Notes: a model not told the origin generated them from the sequence alone. 64,000 nucleotides of DNA from Candidatus Kapaibacterium sp. (GCA_963664875.1 OY761611.1:320001-384000); one strand, 5' to 3'. Shown: positions 22,330 through 32,721, counted from the stretch's first letter. A program made the numbers and translations.

Positions 22330-23196
22330 TTGCCCGAAATGGAGAAAACGGTTGCGGTCGTCCTGATAACATACAACAGATTAGAATTGCTAAAAGAAGT
22401 TTTGGCAGGAATTAAAGCTCAAACTTTCCCAATAGATTCCATAATTGTTGTTAATAATGGTTCAACTGACGGCACTAAGGAATGGTTAGAAAGTCTGGAT
22501 TATATTACACTTATCACACAAGATAATGTTGGATCTTCAGGTGGTCAATATACAGGAATAAAAGCAGCTGCAGCAACAGGTGCCGAATGGATATGGACGA
22601 TGGATGATGATGTAGTACCTGCACCGGATTGTTTAAAACAACTGATGTCAATAGAAGGCGATGAGCTTGTTAGAGCTCCGCTTAGATACTCTGTAGATGG
22701 GGATGTATTCTATAATGATGTTTTAAATCTGAATCTTTCTAATCCTTTTTCAAGTATTTGGGATGGCATTTTATCCCAAAAAGACTTAAAAGATAATATT
22801 ATTCCGGCTGAAGGAATTACTTTCGAAGGACCTGTGTTCAAAGCAAGCTATGTGGCGGCAGTAGGACTCCCTGAGAAGAAATTCTTTATTTATGCAGATG
22901 ATACTGATTATATGATTAGACTGACTAAAGCAGGTGCAAAATGTGTAATAGTCAGAGATGCTAAATTGCAGCGAAAACTACCTGTACCCAAAATTGATAT
23001 TGCTTTAAATTGGAAGTCATATTATATGGTTAGAAATATAATAGCCATAGACAGGTTGCATGGAGATTTGTTTGTAAGTCTTTTGAGGCCTTTTGCCTAT
23101 CTATTAAGTTGGTCAATGAAATGTAAATCAGTTAAAGAACTTAAAACTGTCTTTAAGGCATTTGTTGACGGATATTTATATAAGTCAGATAATTAG
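22330..23196 (+). CDS. glycosyltransferase family 2
   Basis: ITYNR, NNGSTDGT, WTMDDD, FFIYADDTDY; true start may be ATG 22339. Confidence 0.87.
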   Translation: MPEMEKTVAVVLITYNRLELLKEVLAGIKAQTFPIDSIIVVNNGSTDGTKEWLESLDYITLITQDNVGSSGGQYTGIKAAAATGAEWIWTMDDDVVPAPDCLKQLMSIEGDELVRAPLRYSVDGDVFYNDVLNLNLSNPFSSIWDGILSQKDLKDNIIPAEGITFEGPVFKASYVAAVGLPEKKFFIYADDTDYMIRLTKAGAKCVIVRDAKLQRKLPVPKIDIALNWKSYYMVRNIIAIDRLHGDLFVSLLRPFAYLLSWSMKCKSVKELKTVFKAFVDGYLYKSDN

Positions 23197-23203
23197 AAAT
23201 AAT

Positions 23204-23234
23204 AAAGGCAAAGATTATTACGATCTTTGCCTTT
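23204..23234. terminator. probable bidirectional terminator hairpin
   Basis: AAAGGCAAAGAT / ATCTTTGCCTTT perfect inverted repeat between convergent genes. Confidence 0.75.
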
Positions 23235-23242
23235 GATAAATT

Positions 23243-25075
23243 TTATTCGACTGTAACACTTTTTGCTAAATTACGAGGCTGATCAACATTACATTCCAAT
23301 TCAACAGCTATATAGTAAGCCAATAACTGCAAAGGAATCACTGACAAAATAGGAGTGAGGATTGGCAAAGTTTCAGGTATATAAATCACATGATTAGCAA
23401 ATCGTTTGATATTTTCATCACCTTCAGTTGCTACTGCAATTATTTTACCTTCTCGAGCTTTAACTACCTCAATGTTATTGATTATTTTATCGTAAATTTC
23501 ATCTTTCGTCGCAATAAAGACAACCGGCATATTTTTATCAATCAAAGCGATTGGTCCATGCTTCATTTCAGCAGCAGGGTAACCTTCAGCATGGATATAT
23601 GAAATTTCCTTTAGCTTTAAAGCACCTTCCAATGCTACAGGATAATTAACACCTCTGCCGAGATACAAGAAATTTTTAGCTTGAGCATATTGCTTTGCTA
23701 TTTCTCTTATTTTATCAGATTGATCCAATATGTGTTGAATTTTTTCAGGCAAAAGCACAATTTCTTCAGCAATTCGTTTACCTTCACTAAAAGAAAGATT
23801 TTTCATTCTACCAAGATACAAACCAAACAGAGTCAAAGTCGCAATTTGTGAAGTAAATGCTTTTGTAGAAGCTACTCCAATCTCAGGACCGGCATGAATG
23901 TAAATACCGGCTTCTGTTTCTCTTGCAATTTGGCTGCCGACTGCATTTACAATCCCAAGAGTCATTGCACCTTTACGTTTTGCTTCGACTACTGCAGCTA
24001 AAGTATCAGCAGTTTCTCCGCTTTGAGAAATTGCAAAAAGTACGTCATCTTCTGAAATTACAGGATTTCTATATCTGAATTCAGAAGCATACTCGACCTC
24101 TACCGGCACCTGAGCTAATTGCTCTATAATGTACTCAGCTACTAATCCGGCATGCCACGATGTGCCACAAGCCGTAATGATAATTCTTTTTGCTGATCTA
24201 ATCTTTTCAAAAACAGGTCTTAAACCACCTAATTTCACGTTTCCTTCTTCGAGAAGTAATCTACCTCTAAAAGCATCTTGTATTGTATCAGGTTGTTCAA
24301 ATATTTCTTTTAACATGAAATGTGAAAAACCACCTTTTTCGATTTGTGATAAATCGAAATCAATTTCATGTATGCTGCTTTTGGTTGCTTTATTGTCAAT
24401 AGTTTTAGTGCTGATACCAGTACCGTTTACTATTGCCATTTCGTTATCAGCCAAATATATCACATTTTTAGTATATTGGATTATTGCAGCTGCATCAGAA
24501 GCAACTATATATTCTTCGTCCCCAACTCCAATTACAACCGGAGACCCTCTTCGTGCAGTTATTAGCTTATCCGGGCACTCTTTGCACATAACTATTATAC
24601 CAAATGTACCATTTACTTCTGAGAGTGCTAAACGAACTGCTTCTTCCAAATTATTGACTTTTGAGTAAAGCATACCAATAAATGCTGCCAACACTTCAGA
24701 ATCAGTTTCAGATTTGAAGGTATATCCGTCTTTTAAAAGTTTTTGTTTCAGTATGTTATAGTTCTCAATAATTCCATTATGTACAATGGAAATATCTCCA
24801 CTGTTATCAGAATGAGGATGAGCATTTATATCATTTGGGAAACCATGCGTAGCCCATCTTGTGTGAGCTATGCCTATAGTAGCATTATAAGAAGAAGGAT
24901 CAAAAGCTTTTTCAAGTTCAGAAACTTTTCCTCTTTTTTTTGTTGTCAAAATTGAGCCGTTTTCTAAAATAGCAACACCTGCTGAATCATAACCTCTGTA
25001 TTCCATTCTTTTTAAGCCTGCCAAAAGCACATTGGCAGCTTCTCGTTTACCTATATATCCAACTATTCCACACAT
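23243..25075 (-). CDS. glmS: glutamine--fructose-6-phosphate aminotransferase
   Basis: MCGIVG, EYRGYDSAG, HTRWATHG, SQSGETADT, PRNLAKSVTVE. Confidence 0.98.
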   Translation of the reverse strand: MCGIVGYIGKREAANVLLAGLKRMEYRGYDSAGVAILENGSILTTKKRGKVSELEKAFDPSSYNATIGIAHTRWATHGFPNDINAHPHSDNSGDISIVHNGIIENYNILKQKLLKDGYTFKSETDSEVLAAFIGMLYSKVNNLEEAVRLALSEVNGTFGIIVMCKECPDKLITARRGSPVVIGVGDEEYIVASDAAAIIQYTKNVIYLADNEMAIVNGTGISTKTIDNKATKSSIHEIDFDLSQIEKGGFSHFMLKEIFEQPDTIQDAFRGRLLLEEGNVKLGGLRPVFEKIRSAKRIIITACGTSWHAGLVAEYIIEQLAQVPVEVEYASEFRYRNPVISEDDVLFAISQSGETADTLAAVVEAKRKGAMTLGIVNAVGSQIARETEAGIYIHAGPEIGVASTKAFTSQIATLTLFGLYLGRMKNLSFSEGKRIAEEIVLLPEKIQHILDQSDKIREIAKQYAQAKNFLYLGRGVNYPVALEGALKLKEISYIHAEGYPAAEMKHGPIALIDKNMPVVFIATKDEIYDKIINNIEVVKAREGKIIAVATEGDENIKRFANHVIYIPETLPILTPILSVIPLQLLAYYIAVELECNVDQPRNLAKSVTVE

Positions 25076-25106
25076 ATTTTCAATCTCAATAGTTAATTAC
25101 GAACAA

Positions 25107-25114
25107 CAAAGATA
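25107..25114 (-). promoter_or_regulatory. Bacteroidota-type -7 promoter element (TATCTTTG) upstream of glmS
   Basis: CAAAGATA on + strand, about 30 nt before the glmS start. Confidence 0.55.
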
Positions 25115-25263
25115 ATAAAAATTGAGCATATTAAATACTCGATAATTATATTACCCTTTAGCAAATAATTGGTTCTAAAAATATAGGGTAAATTGCTCTT
25201 GTATTTATCTTGAAAGTTTGTTAATTTAGGTTTTTTGAAAATAATTATAAAAAGTATATTATT

Positions 25264-26388
25264 ATGACTGAAAATACCCCATTAATTTTAATAGTAGATG
25301 ATGTGCCTAAAAACATTCAGGTTGTTGGCAACATCCTGAGAGAAGAAGGCTACAGAATTGCTTATGCTCTAAATGGGCAAACTGCACTTGAACTTGTAAA
25401 CAGTAATAGTTTTGATTTGATTTTGTTAGATGTGATGATGCCTGAAATGGATGGTTTTACTCTTTGTAGCAAAATAAAAGAAATTGAATCATATAAAAAT
25501 GTTCCAATCATATTTTTGACTGCAAAAAACGACCATGCCAGTCTATTGAAAGGATTCGAACTTGGGGGCGTCGATTACGTAACAAAACCTTTCAGAGCCA
25601 GAGAACTTATTGTTAGAGTAAATACTCATGTACGTCAGAAAACAGAAAATCAGACACTACTTCAATCTGTATCAGATTTTCAGGATTTAAGCGAGAAAAA
25701 AGATAAATTTTTCTCTATCATTGCTCATGATATGCGCAATCCGCTTGCCGCATTCAAATCTATAGCAGAACTTCTTGACAAATCTTTTGATGAAATGACA
25801 AGAGAAGATATAAGAAGTTACATTGCAACTATAAGAGATAGTGCGGACAGATTATATGATTTATTCCAAAATTTGATGAGTTGGTCTCGTTCCAAAACTA
25901 ATTCTATTCTTTATAGCCCTCAAACTATTAGTATAGATTTTGTAATATCTAATGTGATTGATTTAATTCGGATAAGTGCAGACAAAAAAGATATAGAAAT
26001 CTATACAAATTACGATCAGCTTTCAGAAATATATGCTGATGTTAATATGCTATCAACAATCCTTCGCAATCTTATAAGCAATGCCATCAAATTTAGTAAT
26101 CCGGGTGGCTTGATAGAAATTGATGTAATAGACGATGAAGAAAAAGTGCTTTTTACTGTAACAGATAGCGGGACAGGTATCCCTAAAGAAAGACTAACAA
26201 AATTATTTGATTACCACGAAACTAAATCTACGATTGGTACTGCAGGCGAAAAAGGAACAGGACTCGGTTTACTGCTATGTGAAGAGTTTGTATCTAAACA
26301 CGGTGGAAAAATATGGGCTGAAAGTGATTTAGGCAAAGGAACTAAATTCAATTTTACTATACCAAAATCAAATGAAGAGGGCGAATGA
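25264..26388 (+). CDS. cytoplasmic hybrid REC-HisKA-HATPase kinase
   Basis: IVDD, LLDVMMP, DYVTKPF; IIAHDMRNP, NAIKF, DSGTG, GTGLGL. Confidence 0.92.
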   Translation: MTENTPLILIVDDVPKNIQVVGNILREEGYRIAYALNGQTALELVNSNSFDLILLDVMMPEMDGFTLCSKIKEIESYKNVPIIFLTAKNDHASLLKGFELGGVDYVTKPFRARELIVRVNTHVRQKTENQTLLQSVSDFQDLSEKKDKFFSIIAHDMRNPLAAFKSIAELLDKSFDEMTREDIRSYIATIRDSADRLYDLFQNLMSWSRSKTNSILYSPQTISIDFVISNVIDLIRISADKKDIEIYTNYDQLSEIYADVNMLSTILRNLISNAIKFSNPGGLIEIDVIDDEEKVLFTVTDSGTGIPKERLTKLFDYHETKSTIGTAGEKGTGLGLLLCEEFVSKHGGKIWAESDLGKGTKFNFTIPKSNEEGE

Positions 26389-27863
26389 AACTGTTAAAGT
26401 CAGTACCTTTGCATGTTAAAATTCTGATTGCCTTGGTTTTAGGGGCAATCTGGGGTTCTGTTTTTTCAGTTCAATCCGATGTTTTTATTGCCAATTATGA
26501 GAATAACTCCAATCAATCTGAATCTATAATTGCGGACTGGGACAAAATAGAGATACAAAATTCTGATGTTTCTTATTCGAGAAGTGAAGCAAATAAGTTT
26601 TTCAATTATGTAGGTAAAAATAAACCGATAAATGTTGTAATCTATCAGCAAAACAAAGCAGAGATTTTACTCACAATCGAATCAATAAAGAAAAAAGAAA
26701 CTTTTGCTACATATTTGAGACCAATAGGTACTCTTTTTATAAAACTTTTAAGTTTTCTGGCAATACCTCTTGTAATCGCCTCATTGATAGTAGGAGCAGC
26801 TAGTCTTGATAACATTAAGAAATTGGGGAGAATAGGAGGTAGAACCTTTTTATTTTATTTAGCTACTACTACTATAGCTATTGGCATAGGTTTGTCGCTT
26901 GCAAATTTGATAGCTCCCGGCAAACAAATACCAGATAGTATTAAGTCTGAAATGCTCAGTTCTGCTGATAATAATATAGATGCTGACATAAGCTCAAAAA
27001 TGGAAATTGATTTGTTAGAGTTTGTAGTTGATATAGTACCTAAAAATCCGTTTAAAGCTATGAGTAGCGGCAATATGCTGCAAATTGTGTTCTTTTCTGT
27101 AATGTTTGGGATAACACTAACTTTTATTGAGAAAGAAAAAAGTAGCGTTGTAATATCATTTTTTTCAGGCGTATCTGATACTATGATTAAAATGGTAGAT
27201 TTTATTATGTATTTGGCACCTTATGGTGTTTTTGCTTTGATAGCAGCCACAATAGCAGATTTCGGGTACGAGATAATATCGACTCTTGTGTGGTATATTT
27301 TAACTGTAATTCTTGGACTATTTTTGCAAAACTTTTTAGTTTATAATTCTGTCGTAAAATTATTTGGTAGAATTTCTATCAAAAAGTTTTTAAGCGAAAT
27401 ACGAAATGCACAAGCAATAGGCTTTAGTACAAGCTCCTCTGCAGCTACTTTACCTGTTACATTCGAGTGTGTTGAGAAAATGGGAGTACCTAAGCAGGTA
27501 TCCGGGTTTGTGTTGCCGCTTGGTGCCACTATAAATATGGATGGAACCGCCCTTTACCAAGGAGTTGCTACAGTTTTCATTGCACAGATTTATGGAATGG
27601 ACTTAGGTCTAACCGAACAGCTTACTGTAGTTCTGACTGCTGTTTTAGCTTCTATAGGTACTGCTCCTGTGCCGGGAGTAGGCATTATCATGCTGGTTAT
27701 GATTTTGCAATCTGTCAATATTCCACCTGAAGGAATTGCACTGATTATGGGAGTTGATAGATTGCTGGACATGATGCGAACAATTACAAACGTAAGTGGT
27801 GATGCAGCAGTAGCTGTGGCGATTGACGGTATAGAAAGTAAAGGTAAGCAAGCTTTGATATAG
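26385..27863 (+). CDS. dicarboxylate/amino acid:cation symporter (GltP/DAACS family)
   Basis: FSTSSSAATLP, LGATINMDG, DRLLDMMRT, NVSGD motifs. Confidence 0.92.
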   Translation: MKLLKSVPLHVKILIALVLGAIWGSVFSVQSDVFIANYENNSNQSESIIADWDKIEIQNSDVSYSRSEANKFFNYVGKNKPINVVIYQQNKAEILLTIESIKKKETFATYLRPIGTLFIKLLSFLAIPLVIASLIVGAASLDNIKKLGRIGGRTFLFYLATTTIAIGIGLSLANLIAPGKQIPDSIKSEMLSSADNNIDADISSKMEIDLLEFVVDIVPKNPFKAMSSGNMLQIVFFSVMFGITLTFIEKEKSSVVISFFSGVSDTMIKMVDFIMYLAPYGVFALIAATIADFGYEIISTLVWYILTVILGLFLQNFLVYNSVVKLFGRISIKKFLSEIRNAQAIGFSTSSSAATLPVTFECVEKMGVPKQVSGFVLPLGATINMDGTALYQGVATVFIAQIYGMDLGLTEQLTVVLTAVLASIGTAPVPGVGIIMLVMILQSVNIPPEGIALIMGVDRLLDMMRTITNVSGDAAVAVAIDGIESKGKQALI

Positions 27864-27904
27864 ATAAATGCCACAATTGATTTGAATGGCTCTAAAAGAA
27901 TATA

Positions 27905-27946
27905 AAAAAATCGAACAAAAGAAATTGCTCTATTGTTCGATTTTTT
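27905..27946. terminator. probable bidirectional terminator
   Basis: AAAAAATCGAACAA / TTGTTCGATTTTTT inverted repeat between convergent genes. Confidence 0.7.
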
Positions 27947-27958
27947 CATATTTCAAAG

Positions 27959-28837
27959 TTAGAAGTTACCTTCATGCAAACCTGAAGGTACTTGAATGAC
28001 TGCATTGTCTATTAGGCGCGTTTTTCCTAAGTACACAGCTAAGAGCAGCACAATTTTATCTCCCGGAAGAAATTCGTCAGGTTCATCGAAGTTATCTGCA
28101 TTGGCTGCAGCAACATAATCTACTTGAAAAAGATTTTTTTCTCTTATCGTTTTAAGCATAATTGAGTTTATTATCTTTCTTCGTTTTTCACCTTTGCCAA
28201 TTTCTAATTTTGCTTCTTCAAGAGCCTGAAATAATGTAGGTGCAACTTCTCTTTCTATTTTAGAAAGATAAGTATTACGAGATGACATAGCCAATCCGTC
28301 TGCTTCTCTTATTGTAGGTGAGATGATTATTTCGATTGGGAAATTCAAATCACGAACTAATTTCTTGATGACAAGAGTTTGCTGATAATCTTTCTGACCG
28401 AATACTGCAATATCAGGGAGTGTGCAGTTGAAAAGTTTTGCTACCACTGTTGCTACACCTGAGAAGTGAGTAGGTCGTTTGATACCTTCAAATTTATCTG
28501 TAACTCCTTTTATGTCTATCGAAGAATTGAAACCTATAGGATACATTTCTAATTCATTAGGATAAAAAAGTATATCAGCTCCTGCACTTTCTGATTTTTG
28601 ACAATCGCTTTCAAAATCTCTTGGATATTTTGCTAAATCTTCGTGTGGTGCAAACTGAGTTGGATTTACAAATAAAGTAGTGATAACAATATCACTGCGT
28701 TTCTTTGCTTCTTCGATTAGGCTTAAATGACCATTATGCAGATAACCCATTGTTGGCACAACAGCTATTTTTTTGCCTTGTACTTTCTGAGCTATTGAAA
28801 AAGCCTGCATTTCAGCAACAGTATTTATAATTTTCAT
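27959..28837 (-). CDS. panC: pantoate--beta-alanine ligase
   Basis: PTMGYLHNGH, FVNPTQF, FGQKDYQQ, GLAMSSRN, RLIDN. Confidence 0.97.
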   Translation of the reverse strand: MKIINTVAEMQAFSIAQKVQGKKIAVVPTMGYLHNGHLSLIEEAKKRSDIVITTLFVNPTQFAPHEDLAKYPRDFESDCQKSESAGADILFYPNELEMYPIGFNSSIDIKGVTDKFEGIKRPTHFSGVATVVAKLFNCTLPDIAVFGQKDYQQTLVIKKLVRDLNFPIEIIISPTIREADGLAMSSRNTYLSKIEREVAPTLFQALEEAKLEIGKGEKRRKIINSIMLKTIREKNLFQVDYVAAANADNFDEPDEFLPGDKIVLLLAVYLGKTRLIDNAVIQVPSGLHEGNF

Positions 28838-29496
28838 TTTAAATCTCTGGAATATATAGTTTCGATATTATTCTGAATTTGAGTACCGGCTCTACCGGCA
28901 GTTTTGTCTGTTATTAGAGCTGGGAAGTTTTTAAAATTTGAAATAGGCAGTTTTGCCAAAAATTCAACAGAATCAGTATAATGATCTTCAAATATAACAG
29001 AATTTTCTTCTACCAATTTTTTGCATATTGATAAATCCTCATAGCCGCAAAAAACTTTAATTGGTTTGATTTTGAAAACCTGTTGTGTAGGACATGTTTC
29101 TAATACTTCTTCAGCGGTGCCGCCATAAGCTCTGGCAAGGCCGCCAACTCCTAATTTTGTACCGCCAAAATATCTTGTTACCACGACCGCAATGTCAGAT
29201 AAGTTGAATTTATTGATGGAAAACAGTATTGGTTTTCCTGCCGATCCTGAAGGCTCTCCATCGTCAGAAGATCTAAATTCTAACCCGTCAGCCCCAATTT
29301 TGTAGGCAAAGCAGTTATGTGTAGCATCATAAAACTCTGCTCTTACAGTATCTAAAAAAGCCTCAGCTTCATCTTTACTACGTACATGTTGTACGGTAGC
29401 TATAAATTTAGAACCTTTGATTTTAGTTTCATATCGCTTTGTTTCATAAATGCTTAAATAGAAGTCTTCAGCTTTCAAAATATCAGTATTTATCAT
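28834..29496 (-). CDS. YigZ/IMPACT family protein
   Basis: KGSKF, ATHNCFAY, DDGEPSGSAG, RYFGGTKLGVGGL. Confidence 0.92.
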   Translation of the reverse strand: MINTDILKAEDFYLSIYETKRYETKIKGSKFIATVQHVRSKDEAEAFLDTVRAEFYDATHNCFAYKIGADGLEFRSSDDGEPSGSAGKPILFSINKFNLSDIAVVVTRYFGGTKLGVGGLARAYGGTAEEVLETCPTQQVFKIKPIKVFCGYEDLSICKKLVEENSVIFEDHYTDSVEFLAKLPISNFKNFPALITDKTAGRAGTQIQNNIETIYSRDLK

Positions 29497-29526
29497 ATCA
29501 ATTTTAAGTTCTTATTATTTAGTGCT

Positions 29527-30642
29527 TTATTTTTGAGATTTTTCAATTATATCGTTGCAGTATTGAATCATCAATTCAGCCGAATCATCCCATGAAAATG
29601 ATTTTGCCCACTGAACGGCTCCTTCCGACAAAGAATCATAGAGTTCTTTGTTTTTTAAGATTTGTATGAGTTTATCTGCTAAATCAGAGATATTACCGTA
29701 CTCATATAACATTCCGGAAAGACCAGGCTTAACAGAATCTCTTAATCCGGGTACATTCGCAGAAACTGAAGGAGTGCCGCAGGCGTTAGCTTCTATATTT
29801 GTGATACCCCAACCTTCTTTCATAGATGTATTTACAACAATATGAGATTTCGAGAGCAATTCTACTTTTTGATCTTCAGTAACAAATCCCCAAAATGTAG
29901 TATCTTCGCTTATATTTAACTTTTCAGATAGAGCTTTTAGCGAGTCGAGAAAGTCTCCTTTGCCAATTATTTCGAGTTTAGCATTTGGAATATGAGACTT
30001 TACTATAGAAAACGCTTCCAATAAGTGATCCACACTTTTGTATTTCTTTAATCTTCCAAAATAGCAAATAGTGGGAACATTGTTTTTGTGAGCTACAGCC
30101 ATTGGGAATTGTTTATGCTCTATCGCATTTGGAACTATGCGGAAATTGGCTTCATCAAATCCTCTTTCGATGAACTCCGATAAAGTGCTTTTTGATACAA
30201 CTACAAACGGAGTATTCTTATATGAGACATCAACAAGTTTTTCAGAAAGTAACACGTAAGAAGCTGTCAGAAAATTAGCTTCTCTGTAAATACTTTTCCC
30301 AAAAAAATGATGGCTTATAGCTAAAAGAGGCTCTTTAACAAATAATGGAGTGTAAAATGGAATTTTATTTATATCATCTATTACTATATCGTACTTGTTT
30401 GATTTTCTAAGCTTAAGATATTCTTTTCTTACTATATAATTGAAGAGAGAGCGACTTCCGCGTCTTATTACTTTGATGCCGTCAATAGTTTCCTCATCGG
30501 GGAAACCTGGAACCCGGCAGGCTAAAAGAGTAACTTCATGACCTTTTTGAACTACCCTTCGGAAGATTTCGTGCATGTGAACTTCTGCACCACCTCCAAA
30601 TGGATTTTTTATATCCTGCCAGTTGATTAGTAAAATTCTCAT
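29527..30642 (-). CDS. glycosyltransferase family 4
   Basis: GGAEVH, YFGRLKKYK, EGWGITNIEANACG (Ex7E). Confidence 0.92.
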   Translation of the reverse strand: MRILLINWQDIKNPFGGGAEVHMHEIFRRVVQKGHEVTLLACRVPGFPDEETIDGIKVIRRGSRSLFNYIVRKEYLKLRKSNKYDIVIDDINKIPFYTPLFVKEPLLAISHHFFGKSIYREANFLTASYVLLSEKLVDVSYKNTPFVVVSKSTLSEFIERGFDEANFRIVPNAIEHKQFPMAVAHKNNVPTICYFGRLKKYKSVDHLLEAFSIVKSHIPNAKLEIIGKGDFLDSLKALSEKLNISEDTTFWGFVTEDQKVELLSKSHIVVNTSMKEGWGITNIEANACGTPSVSANVPGLRDSVKPGLSGMLYEYGNISDLADKLIQILKNKELYDSLSEGAVQWAKSFSWDDSAELMIQYCNDIIEKSQK

Positions 30643-30671
30643 CAGTAAAGTGTTTCAATATCTATAAAAAA

Positions 30672-30679
30672 CAAATATA
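30672..30679 (-). promoter_or_regulatory. Bacteroidota-type -7 element (TATATTTG) for the GT4-yigZ-panC operon
   Basis: CAAATATA on + strand, 30 nt before the GT4 start. Confidence 0.45.
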
Positions 30680-30699
30680 AGAAAAAATGGTATCTATTG

Positions 30700-30715
30700 T
30701 GGCATAGCTATTGCA
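30700..30715 (+). promoter_or_regulatory. sigma-54 -24/-12 promoter
   Basis: TGGCATAGCTATTGCA matches TGGCAC-N5-TTGCW with exact GG-N10-GC spacing, about 50 nt upstream of the ATG. Confidence 0.65.
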
Positions 30716-30764
30716 AACTTAAACAATAAAACGGAACAAATGATGCTTTGATGGGGGATAAGCT

Positions 30765-31814
30765 ATGAATATTGATATAAAACATAAAATTATAAATTAC
30801 CGGTGGTGGTTAAAATTATCAAGATTACCACTATTAGCCACTTTTTTAGTTGCTGTTGTTTTATTAGGTGCATGTGCGCCAATGACAAGCGTACGAAATG
30901 GATTAGAACTTCAATCTAAATTGAGGGATGAAGTAGTTAATGGCAAAACAGCAGAACTTGCTGATGACCAAAATACACAAATTGAGAGTGAAGATTCAAA
31001 AAATGATAAAATAGCAGAAATTGAAGAATTCGAAAAACTCCTTCAAGAAGCTAAAGTAAATAAAGTCGAGAAACTCAATGCACAAAAGCCAATCAATATA
31101 GCAGAAACTTCGAAAGAACCGGTATTAACTGAAGAATTGGCAGTTGCAGGTGTGCCGTCTCGTGATGATGTTCAAGATGAAACTTTAGAGGCACATCAAA
31201 GGCGTCTTTTAACCTTCAAGGAACAGTTTGATTCTTTTGAAAACAGACATGACAAACTAAAAATGAAAGTAGAGCAAATTGAAGAAGAACTCAAATTTCT
31301 TCGCGGTCAGGTGATTGCTTTAAACAGCAGAAAAGAAACATTTATTGCAGAAACAAAACCTTCTAATAAAGAATCAACAAAAATTATACAGTCTGATGAA
31401 AAACTAAATGCTTCAGCAGACATTCAACAATCAATTGAATCTAAAGATGATACAAAAGAAAAAATGATTCTTGCTGAGCAATTCTATGATAAAGGTAAAT
31501 ATAGAGATGCAATAGGGGAATACTCAAACCTACTTAAAACTGCTAAAGATGTTAAATCTAAATCAGAAGCAAATTATAAAATTGCTATGTGTCATTATCA
31601 TTTAAAAGAATACGAAAAATCCATTCAGTATTATAATGCTGTCTGTGCTATCTCTGGAGACTTATACAAAGACGATGCGAAGATTCATATTGCAGAAGCA
31701 AATATGAAATTAGGAAAGATAGACGAAGCCAAAAAGGCATATCAAAATGTATTAGCTGAATATCCAAGAAGCAAGCATATACCAAAAGCAAGAAAAATGC
31801 TTCAACAGTTATAA
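30765..31814 (+). CDS. lipoprotein with coiled coil and C-terminal TPRs (CpoB/YbgF/BamD-like architecture)
   Basis: VVLLGAC lipobox, heptad region, TPRs ending YPRSKHIPKA. Confidence 0.75.
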   Translation: MNIDIKHKIINYRWWLKLSRLPLLATFLVAVVLLGACAPMTSVRNGLELQSKLRDEVVNGKTAELADDQNTQIESEDSKNDKIAEIEEFEKLLQEAKVNKVEKLNAQKPINIAETSKEPVLTEELAVAGVPSRDDVQDETLEAHQRRLLTFKEQFDSFENRHDKLKMKVEQIEEELKFLRGQVIALNSRKETFIAETKPSNKESTKIIQSDEKLNASADIQQSIESKDDTKEKMILAEQFYDKGKYRDAIGEYSNLLKTAKDVKSKSEANYKIAMCHYHLKEYEKSIQYYNAVCAISGDLYKDDAKIHIAEANMKLGKIDEAKKAYQNVLAEYPRSKHIPKARKMLQQL

Positions 31815-31817
31815 AAA

Positions 31818-31840
31818 AAAGCCGTGATTGACACGGCTTT
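31818..31840. terminator. terminator hairpin between convergent genes
   Basis: AAAGCCGTG / CACGGCTTT preceded by an A-run (U-tail on minus strand). Confidence 0.7.
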
Positions 31841-31844
31841 AAAT

Positions 31845-32645
31845 TTATTTACCACTGAGTAAAACTTTGACGTTATCACCTATTTTTGCATTGAAAATTT
31901 GCTCGGCGTTTGCATTGCGAACAGCAATTTCTAAAAAGCTGTTTGAACCAGTATAAACAAGAGCTTCTTTTTCTGCTACATCGGCAAACTTTTCTTTCAA
32001 TCCAATAATTTCAGTCTCTCCGACTGTAAACACTATTTCGTTTAAATCAGCTTCAGTAATCATATTGTCTTTTAAGTTAGTAATTAGATTACCAAATCTG
32101 TCGATATGTACAATTTCGCCGGTTAGCGAATTATCATCCATGAAAAGCTTTGGCTTTGGAAGAGTATATAGCTTATTGATTTCAAGATGTGAACCTACCT
32201 GATGAAGCTCTTTGCCTGAAGCAATGTGAGCTGAGGTAGGAGCAAATATATCTCTACCGTGAAATGTTTTACTTACTATTTCCAAAAAGTATTCTTTTTT
32301 GTCTAAAGAAACAGATTCTTCGACAAAATGCTCATTAATCACGTAGCTTAATACACCATTGTTAGGAGCAACAAAATACCTATTTGCTGCTTTGATGGCA
32401 ATTGGTTGTCTTTCGGAACCAACGCCCGGATCAACTACGGTTACAAATACTGTACCTTCGGGAAAGAATTTGATTGAGTTGGCTAAAATATAAGCTGCTT
32501 GTTTGATGTTATGAGGTTCGATTGTATGAGTCATATCAATCAATTTTGCCTCATTACAAATATTGAGAATAACCCCTTTCATCATCGCAACATAAGGGTC
32601 AAATAAGCCAAAATCAGTAGTCAATACTATAGTTGGTGATTGCAT
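31845..32645 (-). CDS. SAM hydroxide adenosyltransferase (DUF62, chlorinase/fluorinase superfamily)
   Basis: LTTDFG, VVDPGVGSER, TFHGRDIF, IDRFGNLITN; start at ATG 32645. Confidence 0.9.
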   Translation of the reverse strand: MQSPTIVLTTDFGLFDPYVAMMKGVILNICNEAKLIDMTHTIEPHNIKQAAYILANSIKFFPEGTVFVTVVDPGVGSERQPIAIKAANRYFVAPNNGVLSYVINEHFVEESVSLDKKEYFLEIVSKTFHGRDIFAPTSAHIASGKELHQVGSHLEINKLYTLPKPKLFMDDNSLTGEIVHIDRFGNLITNLKDNMITEADLNEIVFTVGETEIIGLKEKFADVAEKEALVYTGSNSFLEIAVRNANAEQIFNAKIGDNVKVLLSGK

Positions 32646-32721
32646 TAAACTGTTCTCTAAACAATAGTTGATAAAAACTACAATTATAATCAAAAAATAG
32701 TAGATGGCAAGGCAGAAAAAT

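Noticed and set aside
25076-25263. glmS ribozyme upstream of glmS
   Set aside because: The putative promoter is only about 30 nt from the start codon and no ribozyme core sequence was recognised
31845-32645. Possible fluorinase/chlorinase
   Set aside because: Retains the Asp-Arg-His residues typical of DUF62 hydroxide adenosyltransferases (VDPGVGSER, FHGRD) and sits among housekeeping genes
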